Positions 20,512 through 29,608 are shown, numbered from the stretch's first letter. The stretch is 64,000 nucleotides of DNA from Candidatus Thorarchaeota archaeon (GCA_048882045.1 JBHLRZ010000003.1:32001-96000), one strand, 5' to 3'. Notes: generated by a model not told the origin, from the letters alone. Numbers and translations are program-made.

Positions 20512-21167
20512 TTGAAATGTGGACAAAAGATAGAGCAATGAAGCTGATCCATGACACCGGTCTGATCCCAATTATCCGTGTTGAATCTGCGGAAATTGCA
20601 TTCAAAGTAGCGGAGGCATTTCTTGATGGGGGAATCAATATCATTGAGGTGACAATGAGTGTTCCAGGAGCAGTTGATGTTGTCAAGAAACTTGTTGAAC
20701 AGTTCGGTGACAAAGTGTTGATTGGTACTGGGACAGTTGTGAACGCAAAGATGATTGACAAGGTCGTCAAAGCAGGAAGCGAGTTCATTGTGAGCCCGAA
20801 TTACCACCTTTCCATGGTCAAAGTTGCTCATAGTTTGAAGAAACCTATCATTCCTGGAGCTCTAACTCCTTCTGAGATCTATAATGCGTACGCGAATGGA
20901 GCAGACGCAGTGAAGGTCTTTCCTGTTGGAAATGTGGGTGGTGCAGCCTACTTGAAGGCGATCAGAGGACCATTACCTCAAATCCCACTTGTTCCGACAG
21001 GTGGAGTGAACCTAGAAACCGCAGGACCGATGCTTGACGCTGGAGCCTATGCTCTTGGAGTTGGTAGTGCCATTACCGACAAGAAGGCAATCAAAGACGG
21101 GCGTTTTGAGGTCATAACAGAGAATGTCAGGAAGTTTCTTGAAATTGTGAAGACACACCGAAGCTAA
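20508..21167 (+). CDS. eda: KDPG/KHG aldolase
   Basis: IEVT (catalytic Glu), GTGTV, FIVSP, VKVFP (Schiff-base Lys) and PTGGV motifs. Confidence 0.92.
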   Translation: MIEMWTKDRAMKLIHDTGLIPIIRVESAEIAFKVAEAFLDGGINIIEVTMSVPGAVDVVKKLVEQFGDKVLIGTGTVVNAKMIDKVVKAGSEFIVSPNYHLSMVKVAHSLKKPIIPGALTPSEIYNAYANGADAVKVFPVGNVGGAAYLKAIRGPLPQIPLVPTGGVNLETAGPMLDAGAYALGVGSAITDKKAIKDGRFEVITENVRKFLEIVKTHRS

Positions 21168-22009
21168 GTGAGCTTCTGCAAAATGGCAATCATGTGAGTT
21201 CCTCCATCAATTGCACTTAGCTCTCGACAAAAATCGAGCTCCCACTTGAGGAACATCTTCCATTTCATGGTATCTTTTGTGAGCTCGATTAGGTATTCCT
21301 CATTGAACAGACCATTTGACAGATAGTTTGCAGCAGATACGTCCAAAATATCCACGGGATGTTTGGAAAGGACCGCACTATATTCACTCCATCGATACAT
21401 ATGGCATTGATGAGTTCCTTCCCCAGCCAAATCGCCAACTACATCGCCAGTACGGGTAAGCTCGTCAAACTTCTCTAATCCGATGTTTTCAAACTCCTCG
21501 AAGACATTCCTAATGAGGTGATGATATGTGCCAAGACAAGACATTACACTTGTGAAGATGATTCCTCGAGGTTTTGTAACTCGGATAACTTCATCTAGAG
21601 CATCATCGACGAATTCTAGGACATAACTAAGAGGGCCACCATATAAGACAGTTGCATCATACTCGTTGTCCGGAATTCCCTCTAGATTTAGAATATCCAA
21701 CTTCCTTCTCCATTCGACGCTATCATCGAAACCAGCATCTTTGACCTTTTCCTTGTTCAAACGGAGTTGTTCGTTGGAAATATCTACTACAGATATACGA
21801 GCACCAAGTTTGGCCAACTCGATTGTGAAGCGTCCCGGTCCAGAACCAATCTCAAGTACTCGGTCACCCTTCTTGAGGTGCTTTCGAAGGAAGTGTTGAT
21901 GAATGTGAAACTGAACCTTTCCCTTTGGAGTCCTGTCAAGTCGTTCCCATTCATCATCAGTGAATTTGTCAAAATACCCCTCAATCATTTTTGGATCATA
22001 CATTGGCAA
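21164..22009 (-). CDS. Class I SAM-dependent methyltransferase
   Basis: VLEIGSGPGRF motif I, VVDIS and GGPLSY. Confidence 0.9.
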   Translation of the reverse strand: MPMYDPKMIEGYFDKFTDDEWERLDRTPKGKVQFHIHQHFLRKHLKKGDRVLEIGSGPGRFTIELAKLGARISVVDISNEQLRLNKEKVKDAGFDDSVEWRRKLDILNLEGIPDNEYDATVLYGGPLSYVLEFVDDALDEVIRVTKPRGIIFTSVMSCLGTYHHLIRNVFEEFENIGLEKFDELTRTGDVVGDLAGEGTHQCHMYRWSEYSAVLSKHPVDILDVSAANYLSNGLFNEEYLIELTKDTMKWKMFLKWELDFCRELSAIDGGTHMIAILQKLT

Positions 22010-22148
22010 TTATATCGACTCCTGACCACTCTTCTTTGTTTAGTCATGTAGTACTAAAAGACTGTGGTCAAATCGGATTATCCTTGGTCAAAAAGGAAAC
22101 AACTAAATCTAGGCCGGAATCAGCACGAGGGCATTGGAGTGCTAAGAG

Positions 22149-22475
22149 ATGACTCAGGACTTACTTGAACTCATGCGGGAAAGACTCGCAATTGGACTTG
22201 AACGAGAGAAAACAATTGAAGCCATCGAAGGATGGGAACGCACAGCACAACTAACCTTGAAGGAAGGATCGGTTTTTCATTTCATTGTGAAAGACAACAC
22301 TATCACTCTGCATGAAGGACCACTAGACAATGCAGACATGAAAATTGAGAGTGATGAAGATACAATTCGCAAGCTTTTCCTTGAAGAGATGAGTGCAGCA
22401 TCAGCACTCTTCAAGCGAAAGCTGAAAGTAAAAGGATCCACTAGGGATCTGATGAAACTAAAACATATCTTCTGA
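22149..22475 (+). CDS. SCP2 sterol/lipid-binding domain protein
   Basis: ADMKIESDEDTIRKLF...ALFKRKLKVKGS...MKL matches the SCP2 C-terminal signature. Confidence 0.85.
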   Translation: MTQDLLELMRERLAIGLEREKTIEAIEGWERTAQLTLKEGSVFHFIVKDNTITLHEGPLDNADMKIESDEDTIRKLFLEEMSAASALFKRKLKVKGSTRDLMKLKHIF

Positions 22476-22498
22476 ATCTGGGTCGAGAGTGAGTAGCA

Positions 22499-23905
22499 AT
22501 GGATAAGATTGTGATCAAGAAGTTAGAGGAGATAGTAGGTGAAGAATATGTATCAACAAGGCCAGACGTATTGTTGACATATTCACAGACCGCTTCTATG
22601 GCTGTGGAGCCAGTGAAACCTGCAGCTGTTGTTCGTCCTGCAAATACAGCTGAAGTTTCGCAGATATTAGCACTTGCGAACGAGCACAAAATACCCGTGA
22701 CTCCCAGATCAGGAGGATCTAGTCTACAAGGGGAGGCAATTCCTAAACCTGGAGGAATTGTCGTTGAAGTGCTTCGGTTAGAATCGATAGAGCTCTATGA
22801 AGACCTTCGATCCGTGACAGTTGGAGCAGGAGTCACATATGGTGCATTGGACAAGTTCCTTGATAGACACGGTCTCTTTGTTCCAGTCTATCCAGAATCT
22901 TCACTAATCTGCACAGTAGCTGGAAACGTTGCAGTTAATGGTGCTGGACCGGGTTCGAGTCTGTATGGTAGTACTGGTGAGATGGTTCTCGGATTAGAAG
23001 TAGTGCTACCGGACGGCACAATAATTCAGACAGGGTCTGAAGCTAATCCCAATGCTCCTGGACCATTCATCCGCTATGCTTTTGGGCCAGACCTTACTGG
23101 TATTTTCATAGGGTCGTGCGGAAGTTTCGGGATAATCACGAAAGTATCTGTGAAGACATACAAGAGAGTGAAATACTTCGATTACAACATGTACGGTTTT
23201 GATGAGGTAGCACAGGCTGAACAGTTTATGGTCGAGATAAAGCAAAACGAGATCAATGGTCTCTTCACATCACTCTACTCTGGAGAAGTCCTTGACCTTT
23301 TCATGGACATGCTCGCCGAAGAGCTTGGATTTCCACCTTTTGAACACGCCCCTCGTACAATCTCAATGACAATAGGAGGTATACGAGAGGACATTGTGGA
23401 AAGTGATGCCAAACTCGCCCGAGAAATCTGTGAGAGCTTGGGAGGTAGAGTATTGAATGTTCCAGAAATGCCACAACAGGAGTGGGAGGGACGCCTCTGG
23501 AATTTCGCACGTGCTTCATATGCTCACGGATGGCATTGGCGGACACTCTATCATCATCAGACACCAACAAACTCCCACAGGTCTGTAGAAATAATAGAGG
23601 ACATGATGGACAAATACAAGTTCTTGGGTCATACTGCGGGCTTCCACACAGGGCACAGCTCCATGAATCTGTACCCTCATATGTATTTTGATCCTCAGGA
23701 TAAAGAGGAGGAACTGAAAGTTGTAAAGGCTCACGGAGAGATTGCAAAGAATCTCTTTAGGTCTGGAGCAGTACCTTTCAAACTCGCAGAGTATTGGAAG
23801 GATGCTATCGAAGGCATGGACAGCTACATGACCTTCTTGAGGTTGATAAAGAACACGATTGACCCCAACAACATTATGAACCCAAGAGTCTTAGGAGGAG
23901 TCTAA
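22499..23905 (+). CDS. FAD-linked oxidoreductase (GlcD/alkyl-DHAP synthase superfamily)
   Basis: PRSGGSSL, TVAGNVA, GSFGIITK and IDPNNIMNP motifs. Confidence 0.85.
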   Translation: MDKIVIKKLEEIVGEEYVSTRPDVLLTYSQTASMAVEPVKPAAVVRPANTAEVSQILALANEHKIPVTPRSGGSSLQGEAIPKPGGIVVEVLRLESIELYEDLRSVTVGAGVTYGALDKFLDRHGLFVPVYPESSLICTVAGNVAVNGAGPGSSLYGSTGEMVLGLEVVLPDGTIIQTGSEANPNAPGPFIRYAFGPDLTGIFIGSCGSFGIITKVSVKTYKRVKYFDYNMYGFDEVAQAEQFMVEIKQNEINGLFTSLYSGEVLDLFMDMLAEELGFPPFEHAPRTISMTIGGIREDIVESDAKLAREICESLGGRVLNVPEMPQQEWEGRLWNFARASYAHGWHWRTLYHHQTPTNSHRSVEIIEDMMDKYKFLGHTAGFHTGHSSMNLYPHMYFDPQDKEEELKVVKAHGEIAKNLFRSGAVPFKLAEYWKDAIEGMDSYMTFLRLIKNTIDPNNIMNPRVLGGV

Positions 23906-25071
23906 TGATGTCAGAGATAGATCTCGAAGACCTCGTTGAGAACCTGATGCAATGCCGCAGATGCGGACTCTGTAGAAATGCTGTCTACGATAATAGAGGC
24001 TTTGATGGAGTATGTCCCGTATGGAAAAACACAGCAGGTTTTGAAACCAGTTTCATGCGTGGTCGAATACAGGTTGCCTTAGCCCTTCTCGATGGAACAC
24101 TTGAGAAGACTCCAGAGAATGCAGAGGCTCTCTTCACATGCACACTATGTGGTAATTGTACTGAGATCTGTGCATCAGAGTTCGACCCATCGGAATGCTT
24201 AGAAAAGATGAGAGCGGTCCTTAACGACATACCAAATGATGTTCGTGATTCGATCGCGAAGAAGATCATGCAGTTTGACAATCCCTATGAAGAAAATATC
24301 CAGATCAAACGTGAATGGATCAAAGAGGTTGGTTTCGAAGTTCCAACTTCGGGAGATGTACTCTACTATACTGGTTGCACCGCAGGAATTCGACTACCCA
24401 ACATTGCTAAATCAACCGTTATGGTTCTCAAGGCCGCTGACATCGATTTTGCGGTGCTCGAGGATGAGCCATGCTGCGGCAGTGTGATGCTCAGAACAGG
24501 AAGAGCAGATGATGCCAGAAAGAATGCTGAGAAGCTTTCAGAGGTCATCAAGAATTCAGGCGCAAAGAAGATCATTGTAACCTGTGCGGGTTGTCTGAAG
24601 ACTCTCCGAGATGACTACCCGGAACTCGATGTCGAACTTCCTGAGGTTCTACATGTGACTGAGGTGCTCCAAGAGATTGTCAAGGATAGGAAACTCAAAT
24701 TGAAATCATTGGGTAAAGATGTCAAGGTGACATATCATGACCCGTGTCACCTCTCAAGAGCTGCTGGAGTCTATGATGAACCTAGAGAGATCATCAGAGC
24801 TATTCCTGGTGTAGAGTTAGTTGAAATGGAAACAAACCGAGAAGCAGCAATGTGCTGTGGAGCAGGAGGAGGACTCCGTTCCTACGACCCTGCACTTTCA
24901 AAGAAGATAGCAGCAGAACGTGTGAGAAATGCAGTTGAAACTGGAGCGGAAATCATTGTTACTGCCTGTCCATTCTGCGAAAACAACCTCCAAGCTGGTA
25001 TTGAGGTTGAGGGCAGTAAAACAAAGGTTGTAGATGTTGTAGACTTGCTGTTCGAGAGTCTTGAAAAATAA
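23905..25071 (+). CDS. Fe-S oxidoreductase, GlpC/GlcF/HdrD-like
   Basis: CRRCGLC, CTLCGNC, PCCG, YHDPCH, MCCGAGGG and ACPFC motifs. Confidence 0.9.
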   Translation: MMSEIDLEDLVENLMQCRRCGLCRNAVYDNRGFDGVCPVWKNTAGFETSFMRGRIQVALALLDGTLEKTPENAEALFTCTLCGNCTEICASEFDPSECLEKMRAVLNDIPNDVRDSIAKKIMQFDNPYEENIQIKREWIKEVGFEVPTSGDVLYYTGCTAGIRLPNIAKSTVMVLKAADIDFAVLEDEPCCGSVMLRTGRADDARKNAEKLSEVIKNSGAKKIIVTCAGCLKTLRDDYPELDVELPEVLHVTEVLQEIVKDRKLKLKSLGKDVKVTYHDPCHLSRAAGVYDEPREIIRAIPGVELVEMETNREAAMCCGAGGGLRSYDPALSKKIAAERVRNAVETGAEIIVTACPFCENNLQAGIEVEGSKTKVVDVVDLLFESLEK

Positions 25072-25077
25072 TAGGTG

Positions 25078-25107
25078 GGGTGACCATCACCTTTGGCGAT
25101 GGCACCC
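25078..25107. terminator. Hairpin between convergent genes
   Basis: GGGTG-A-CCATC...GATGG-CACCC; pairing is better on the minus (SSB) strand through a G-U pair. Confidence 0.5.
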
Positions 25108-25127
25108 AAAAATATTCAGAACTATGA

Positions 25128-25622
25128 CTAGTATCCACGGCTGAAGTCTCGACCACCACGGCGATCGCCACGGTCTCGGTCTCTGTATCCTCCGCCACCA
25201 CGGCGGTCACGACCATAGCCCCCTCCACCTCTGTAGCGGGGTCTACTCTCGTGTTCTTCTTCAGACATATCGACCTCATCGTTGATTTCTGTGATTTCTT
25301 CCTCAGCTGGCTTTAGTGTGCCATAGCGACCAATGTTGAGTCGGAGATGTCCCTGGAACAGGGTTGTATAACCGTTCTCAAGTCGGTATGTCTTGTCAGC
25401 TTCGACTTCTTCGACCGAAGCATCCCATAGGGGGACAACCACCTTACCTGAACTGTCACCAACGACAGTGTCACACACACGGTGCTGCTCTCCATCTGCG
25501 CGGGATGTCACCTCTCTGACCTCGCCCTTTTCGATGACTTTGAACGAAATGTTCACACTCTTCATCCTTGGTTTGAGTTCAGAAATAACTGCTTCAATCG
25601 GTTCTCGCTCTTGGTAACCCAT
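25128..25622 (-). CDS. Single-OB-fold ssDNA-binding protein (crenarchaeal SSB/RPA-like) with an RG/RGG-rich tail
   Basis: VGDSSGKVVVPLWD, ENGYTTLFQGHLRLNIGRYG and the tail RGGGGYGRDRRGGGGYRDRDRGDRRGGR. Confidence 0.88.
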   Translation of the reverse strand: MGYQEREPIEAVISELKPRMKSVNISFKVIEKGEVREVTSRADGEQHRVCDTVVGDSSGKVVVPLWDASVEEVEADKTYRLENGYTTLFQGHLRLNIGRYGTLKPAEEEITEINDEVDMSEEEHESRPRYRGGGGYGRDRRGGGGYRDRDRGDRRGGRDFSRGY

Positions 25623-25795
25623 GATAACTCACGTTCACTGTGTTCTGCAGGCGTTCAAAAGTAGAATCTTCTTCAGTGATCGCAAAGCTGTGCCTGGAAC
25701 TCTGGAGCTATTGATTCAATTTGAGGGCACTGCTGTTTTTTGGATTGTCTGATTCGCCTATAAAGTCATGCACTGCCAATTTTTCCAGAACAAGG

Positions 25796-26034
25796 TGGAC
25801 GATGGCTAACGCCAAAGACTTGGTGCCCGTTTTTGGGCTCGAGGTCCACCTCGTTTTGTTTTAAACATGAGTGGTGCTCCGATGCACATCGTTGCTTCAG
25901 CATCTCCCTGAACCCAGTTGGGTGAGAGCCGAATCTCCCTGCAGACGGACATTCGTATTGCTTCTTCAACGAGCTTGCTTCATGTCCACGACTTTCAATG
26001 AAGCGGGAGCGACTTCGCGCAAGCCAATCGTCCA
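25796..26034. ncRNA. Candidate structured non-coding RNA of unknown class
   Basis: Terminal pairing TGGACGAT-GGCT (25796-25807) with AGCC-A-ATCGTCCA (26022-26034) encloses several short hairpins in a gene-free gap. Confidence 0.45.
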
Positions 26035-26160
26035 GGTTTGGTATGGAGTTTTCCTTACATAAGTGTTCTGAGTATTCCATTGATGAACTCCCCCAACTAT
26101 TCTATACTCATAGAATAACTTATAAGAAATTTCCCGGAATCCGCAGGACTGGAACCAAAG

Positions 26161-27237
26161 GTGGACCCATTGAACGGAATAAAGGTTGCAATAGTCGGCA
26201 TTGGTAATTGTGCAAGTGCACTTATACAGGGTGTAGAGTTCTATAAGGATGCCAGAGCAAACGGAGAGAACATAGGACTGGGGTATCCAGATTTTGCAGG
26301 ATATCATGTCAAAGATATTCAGTTCGTTGCAGCATTCGATGTAGCTGACACAAAGGTGGGATTTGATCTTGCAGAGGCAATCTTCGCCAAGCCAAACAAT
26401 GTGATGGCTTTTGCCAAAGTTCCTAAGACAGGTATTGAGGTCATGAAAGGTCCAGCACTTGATGGTCTGGACGAGATGCTCAAAGCACTTGTGACCGAAT
26501 CCAAGGCAAAAGATGCTGATGTTGTGAAGGTCCTCAAAGACTCAGGAGCGGAGATACTTATCAACCTCATTCCGGGTTCTGCTGAAGAAGCAACCAAGTT
26601 TTATGCAAATGCAGCCCTCGAAGCCGGATGTGCATACATCAATGGTACTCCCATCCCTATTGCCTCAGACCTTGAGTGGAGTAAGAAGTTTGAGGAAAAA
26701 GGACTTCCTCTAGTCGGAGATGATATTCAAGACCAGTTAGGTTCAACAGTTCTCCACCGGAGCATTCTACAGCTTCTTGTTTCAAGAGGAGTTAAAGTAG
26801 ATGAGAGTTACCAGCTCGACATCGGTGGTGGTGCGGAGTCAATCGATTCGCACTACAGAGGCAGGCTGAGAAAGAGGGGTGTAAAAAGCGAAGCAGTTGG
26901 ACAAGATCTACCATATGATGCCCCGATAGTTGCAGGTTCATCCGATTGGGTATCCTTCATGGATAACGCTCGTGATTCATACTTCTATATTAACGGTCGC
27001 CAGTTTGGTGGCGCACCAATCAAGATCGATATCCGCATGGAGGTCACAGATGGACCTAATGCAGGTCCCATCCTGTTGGATGCTATTAGAGGAACCAAAC
27101 TTGCGCTAAAGAGAGGTCTCAGTGGATCTTTGGAAGCAATCTCTGCCTATGGATTCAAGATGCCACCTACTCCAACCACAATGTATCGTGCTGAGAGATG
27201 GGTGGAAGAGTTCCTGCTCGGAAAACGAAAGCTATAG
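26161..27237 (+). CDS. ino1: myo-inositol-1-phosphate synthase family protein (divergent active site)
   Basis: VAIVGIGNCASALIQG, GLPLVGDDI, FGGAP, DGPNAG and DAIR motifs. Confidence 0.8.
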   Translation: MDPLNGIKVAIVGIGNCASALIQGVEFYKDARANGENIGLGYPDFAGYHVKDIQFVAAFDVADTKVGFDLAEAIFAKPNNVMAFAKVPKTGIEVMKGPALDGLDEMLKALVTESKAKDADVVKVLKDSGAEILINLIPGSAEEATKFYANAALEAGCAYINGTPIPIASDLEWSKKFEEKGLPLVGDDIQDQLGSTVLHRSILQLLVSRGVKVDESYQLDIGGGAESIDSHYRGRLRKRGVKSEAVGQDLPYDAPIVAGSSDWVSFMDNARDSYFYINGRQFGGAPIKIDIRMEVTDGPNAGPILLDAIRGTKLALKRGLSGSLEAISAYGFKMPPTPTTMYRAERWVEEFLLGKRKL

Positions 27238-27266
27238 ACATTCTTGCATGTAGAATGATTCCCAAT

Positions 27267-27965
27267 TCAGTAAGGACCACTGTAGATCAAGTTCAATACC
27301 AGGGTATATTGGTATGTGCAAGATGGATATACCTCAGTATATTGTGCTTCAAAGGGAATACCAGAATCGAAATCAGACCAGCCCTCCCACTTCTCACTGG
27401 CAACATTTGGCCAGATAGAGTACAATTCTCGTGATGCAAAATAGAAACGTTCCTCCGTCCTTGAACCTACATAATGTCTCGATGTGTCAAGTTCACTCCA
27501 ATCTACAGATGGGAATACATCAAGAAATAATGTATCCATGAGTTCCCAACCGCCAATCGGCAAAAGAGATTGAGATATTGGATTTTTCAGAGCTTGAATG
27601 AAGATTTGTGGAATCGCGGATCCATTTGAGAAGCGGCAAGTAATCTTTTGATCTAGAATTACATTTGAGAGGAAAGTTTCTTCCGTGATAGGACCAGTCA
27701 CATTTGGCAATTCAGTTATAGTAACAATGATCTGTTCTCCATCAAGACCAAGAAATTGCCTACAGGTGTCACCATATGGGTATCCACTCTCAGTTACAGA
27801 CACTTCTATTGAATAAAGTAATTCTTCACCCACCTCAACACCCCACTGAAATGGGGATTCATATGTATTCCAAGGAATAAGGTTCACTACCCCAGCTGAT
27901 CCAAATAGAACTACTAGAATGACAATAGCAAGTGTTCTACGTTGACTCACACCTCTCAATGACAC
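27267..27965 (-). CDS. Hypothetical membrane-anchored/secreted protein
   Basis: Basic N-terminus followed by one hydrophobic helix and a beta-rich-looking domain. Confidence 0.6.
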   Translation of the reverse strand: MSLRGVSQRRTLAIVILVVLFGSAGVVNLIPWNTYESPFQWGVEVGEELLYSIEVSVTESGYPYGDTCRQFLGLDGEQIIVTITELPNVTGPITEETFLSNVILDQKITCRFSNGSAIPQIFIQALKNPISQSLLPIGGWELMDTLFLDVFPSVDWSELDTSRHYVGSRTEERFYFASRELYSIWPNVASEKWEGWSDFDSGIPFEAQYTEVYPSCTYQYTLVLNLIYSGPY

Positions 27966-28027
27966 ACCACTCCAATGTATAGTGTGTTTGGTATTGATTC
28001 TAATCCTAGAACACTAGAAAGAACAGA

Positions 28028-28432
28028 TTACTTGTGAGCCTTCTGATATTCAACAAGTAGAGTCTTGAGTCTGTCAAGCTTAGTTATTATTTCAAACTCT
28101 GTTTCTTCTCCAACTTCATTTAGAATCTCGTTGAAAGCTATCACATTGCGAAAGTCTTCCATCAGGGCGTCCTTTGCCGCCTTGGTTCTGGCTTTCTTAT
28201 CGTAGACGACAATTCGGTTTTCTGGTTCAAAATTAATGACTATGCTTCTATCCAAATACATGACCTTCTTGCACTTTGGACATTGCACCCGATTAGCTTT
28301 TCCTGATTTTAGTGGCTTGATCAAATCTCGGTCTTCAGATAGGTCGATGTGTTCTATCACATCCGATTCATACACGTTCTTGCATTTCGAACATTTGACT
28401 TCTGCAACACTTGTACTAGCCACTATTTTCAC
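28028..28432 (-). CDS. CpXC domain protein
   Basis: CSKC...IDLSEDRDL...CPKC pattern; the true start may be the GTG at about 28423. Confidence 0.75.
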   Translation of the reverse strand: MKIVASTSVAEVKCSKCKNVYESDVIEHIDLSEDRDLIKPLKSGKANRVQCPKCKKVMYLDRSIVINFEPENRIVVYDKKARTKAAKDALMEDFRNVIAFNEILNEVGEETEFEIITKLDRLKTLLVEYQKAHK

Positions 28433-28477
28433 CGGTTTACTAGTGGAACGTTTTAGTATGCACTTAAGAATTCCGAA

Positions 28478-29143
28478 CTACGATGGTTTGGTCTCGCGAT
28501 GTTCAGTCGAATCAACTTCCGAATCTTCGACACCATCATCATCGCCTGTGATTTCATCCTCAATAATGTCCTGCAGCATATCAGACTCCTTTCCTTCAGA
28601 CCTGCGTTTGAAGAGAATACCAGTAATGATTGCTGTGAGAGCTATTGATGCAATTACGATAGGAGCAGACTCAAAGTAGGTGGCGGTTTCAACACCAATA
28701 AGCGCTCCAGCAAGTGTCACAGCAACTTTTCCGATAAAGTAACTAATGAGGAATTTTGCAGAGTTGTATTTTGTCAGTCCTACGTACACAATGAGGGGAT
28801 CATCTGGAACTGGAGACGCAGCTGCAATGAAGAGGGCAAGTGCACCCCACTTTTCAACTCTTTTCTTCTCATTCTCCAACATGTCTAGTCTTTCCTCGGA
28901 TAGAACCACCCTCGAACCTCTCACGACAAGATAATGTATGTACTTTGCCAGAGTAGCTGTGATGGCAACAATGAGACCAATCTGAACCCAACCGAGTTCC
29001 GGAACTAGCAATGCTGCAGCACCTGCAAGGACCATGTTACTCGGACTGAGGAATGGAATCATGTTGATGGCAAAGCAGATGATGAAGAGCCCTACATACC
29101 CCTGCTCAATCATCTGAGTGATGATTAGGAATATGTCTTGCAT
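28478..29143 (-). CDS. DedA/VTT (SNARE-associated) family membrane protein
   Basis: GYVGLF...NMIPF, LFIAAASPVPDD and FIGK motifs. Confidence 0.8.
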   Translation of the reverse strand: MQDIFLIITQMIEQGYVGLFIICFAINMIPFLSPSNMVLAGAAALLVPELGWVQIGLIVAITATLAKYIHYLVVRGSRVVLSEERLDMLENEKKRVEKWGALALFIAAASPVPDDPLIVYVGLTKYNSAKFLISYFIGKVAVTLAGALIGVETATYFESAPIVIASIALTAIITGILFKRRSEGKESDMLQDIIEDEITGDDDGVEDSEVDSTEHRETKPS

Positions 29144-29185
29144 GTGATATGCACCATTGTACTGGATTGGATAATTTGGTTCAGA

Positions 29186-29608
29186 TCAAACAGACACCTG
29201 ATTGATGACTACTCTCTGAACTCCATCTAGAACCTTCAACGAGTCTTCAAGCTCCGACAGATCTGAGCTGAGCTGAGATGGATTGAAGTAGCACTCATAG
29301 AAGCATCTGGTCCCTCGCAGACAAACTCCTGTCGAGAAAAGTAGGTCAACAAGCCCTGACTTCTTGAAGATTTGAGAGAGTTTTGTCAGGAAGTCGTTTG
29401 TCAACTTTCCAATCTCAAGGCTTAGGAAAAGTACCTCATCACTTTCGAGAGGAAATATCTTGATGAGTCGGTCCTTGTGAACAAGAACCATCAAACCTTG
29501 ACCGGTTCCCATAGCGTTCTTGAAGGCAGTTGGGAATTTCACGGTTTCACTGGAATCAAACACAAGTACTCGACCAGCAGTTGCTCCATCATAAGATTCG
29601 TCAGACAT
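29186..29608 (-). CDS. Putative AbrB-like + ACT-domain protein
   Basis: N-terminal FDSSETVKFPTAFKNAMG; C-terminal ACT-like FLTKLSQIF...LKVLDGVQRV. Confidence 0.45.
   Translation of the reverse strand: MSDESYDGATAGRVLVFDSSETVKFPTAFKNAMGTGQGLMVLVHKDRLIKIFPLESDEVLFLSLEIGKLTNDFLTKLSQIFKKSGLVDLLFSTGVCLRGTRCFYECYFNPSQLSSDLSELEDSLKVLDGVQRVVINQVSV

Noticed and set aside
25796-26034. SRP RNA or RNase P RNA identity
   Set aside because: No SRP helix-8 motif and no GAGGAAAGUCC/CR-V pair at the expected positions on either strand.
25766-26080. 104-aa minus-strand ORF and overlapping short ORFs
   Set aside because: No recognisable motif, and the ORF coincides with the base-paired element, which explains the region better.
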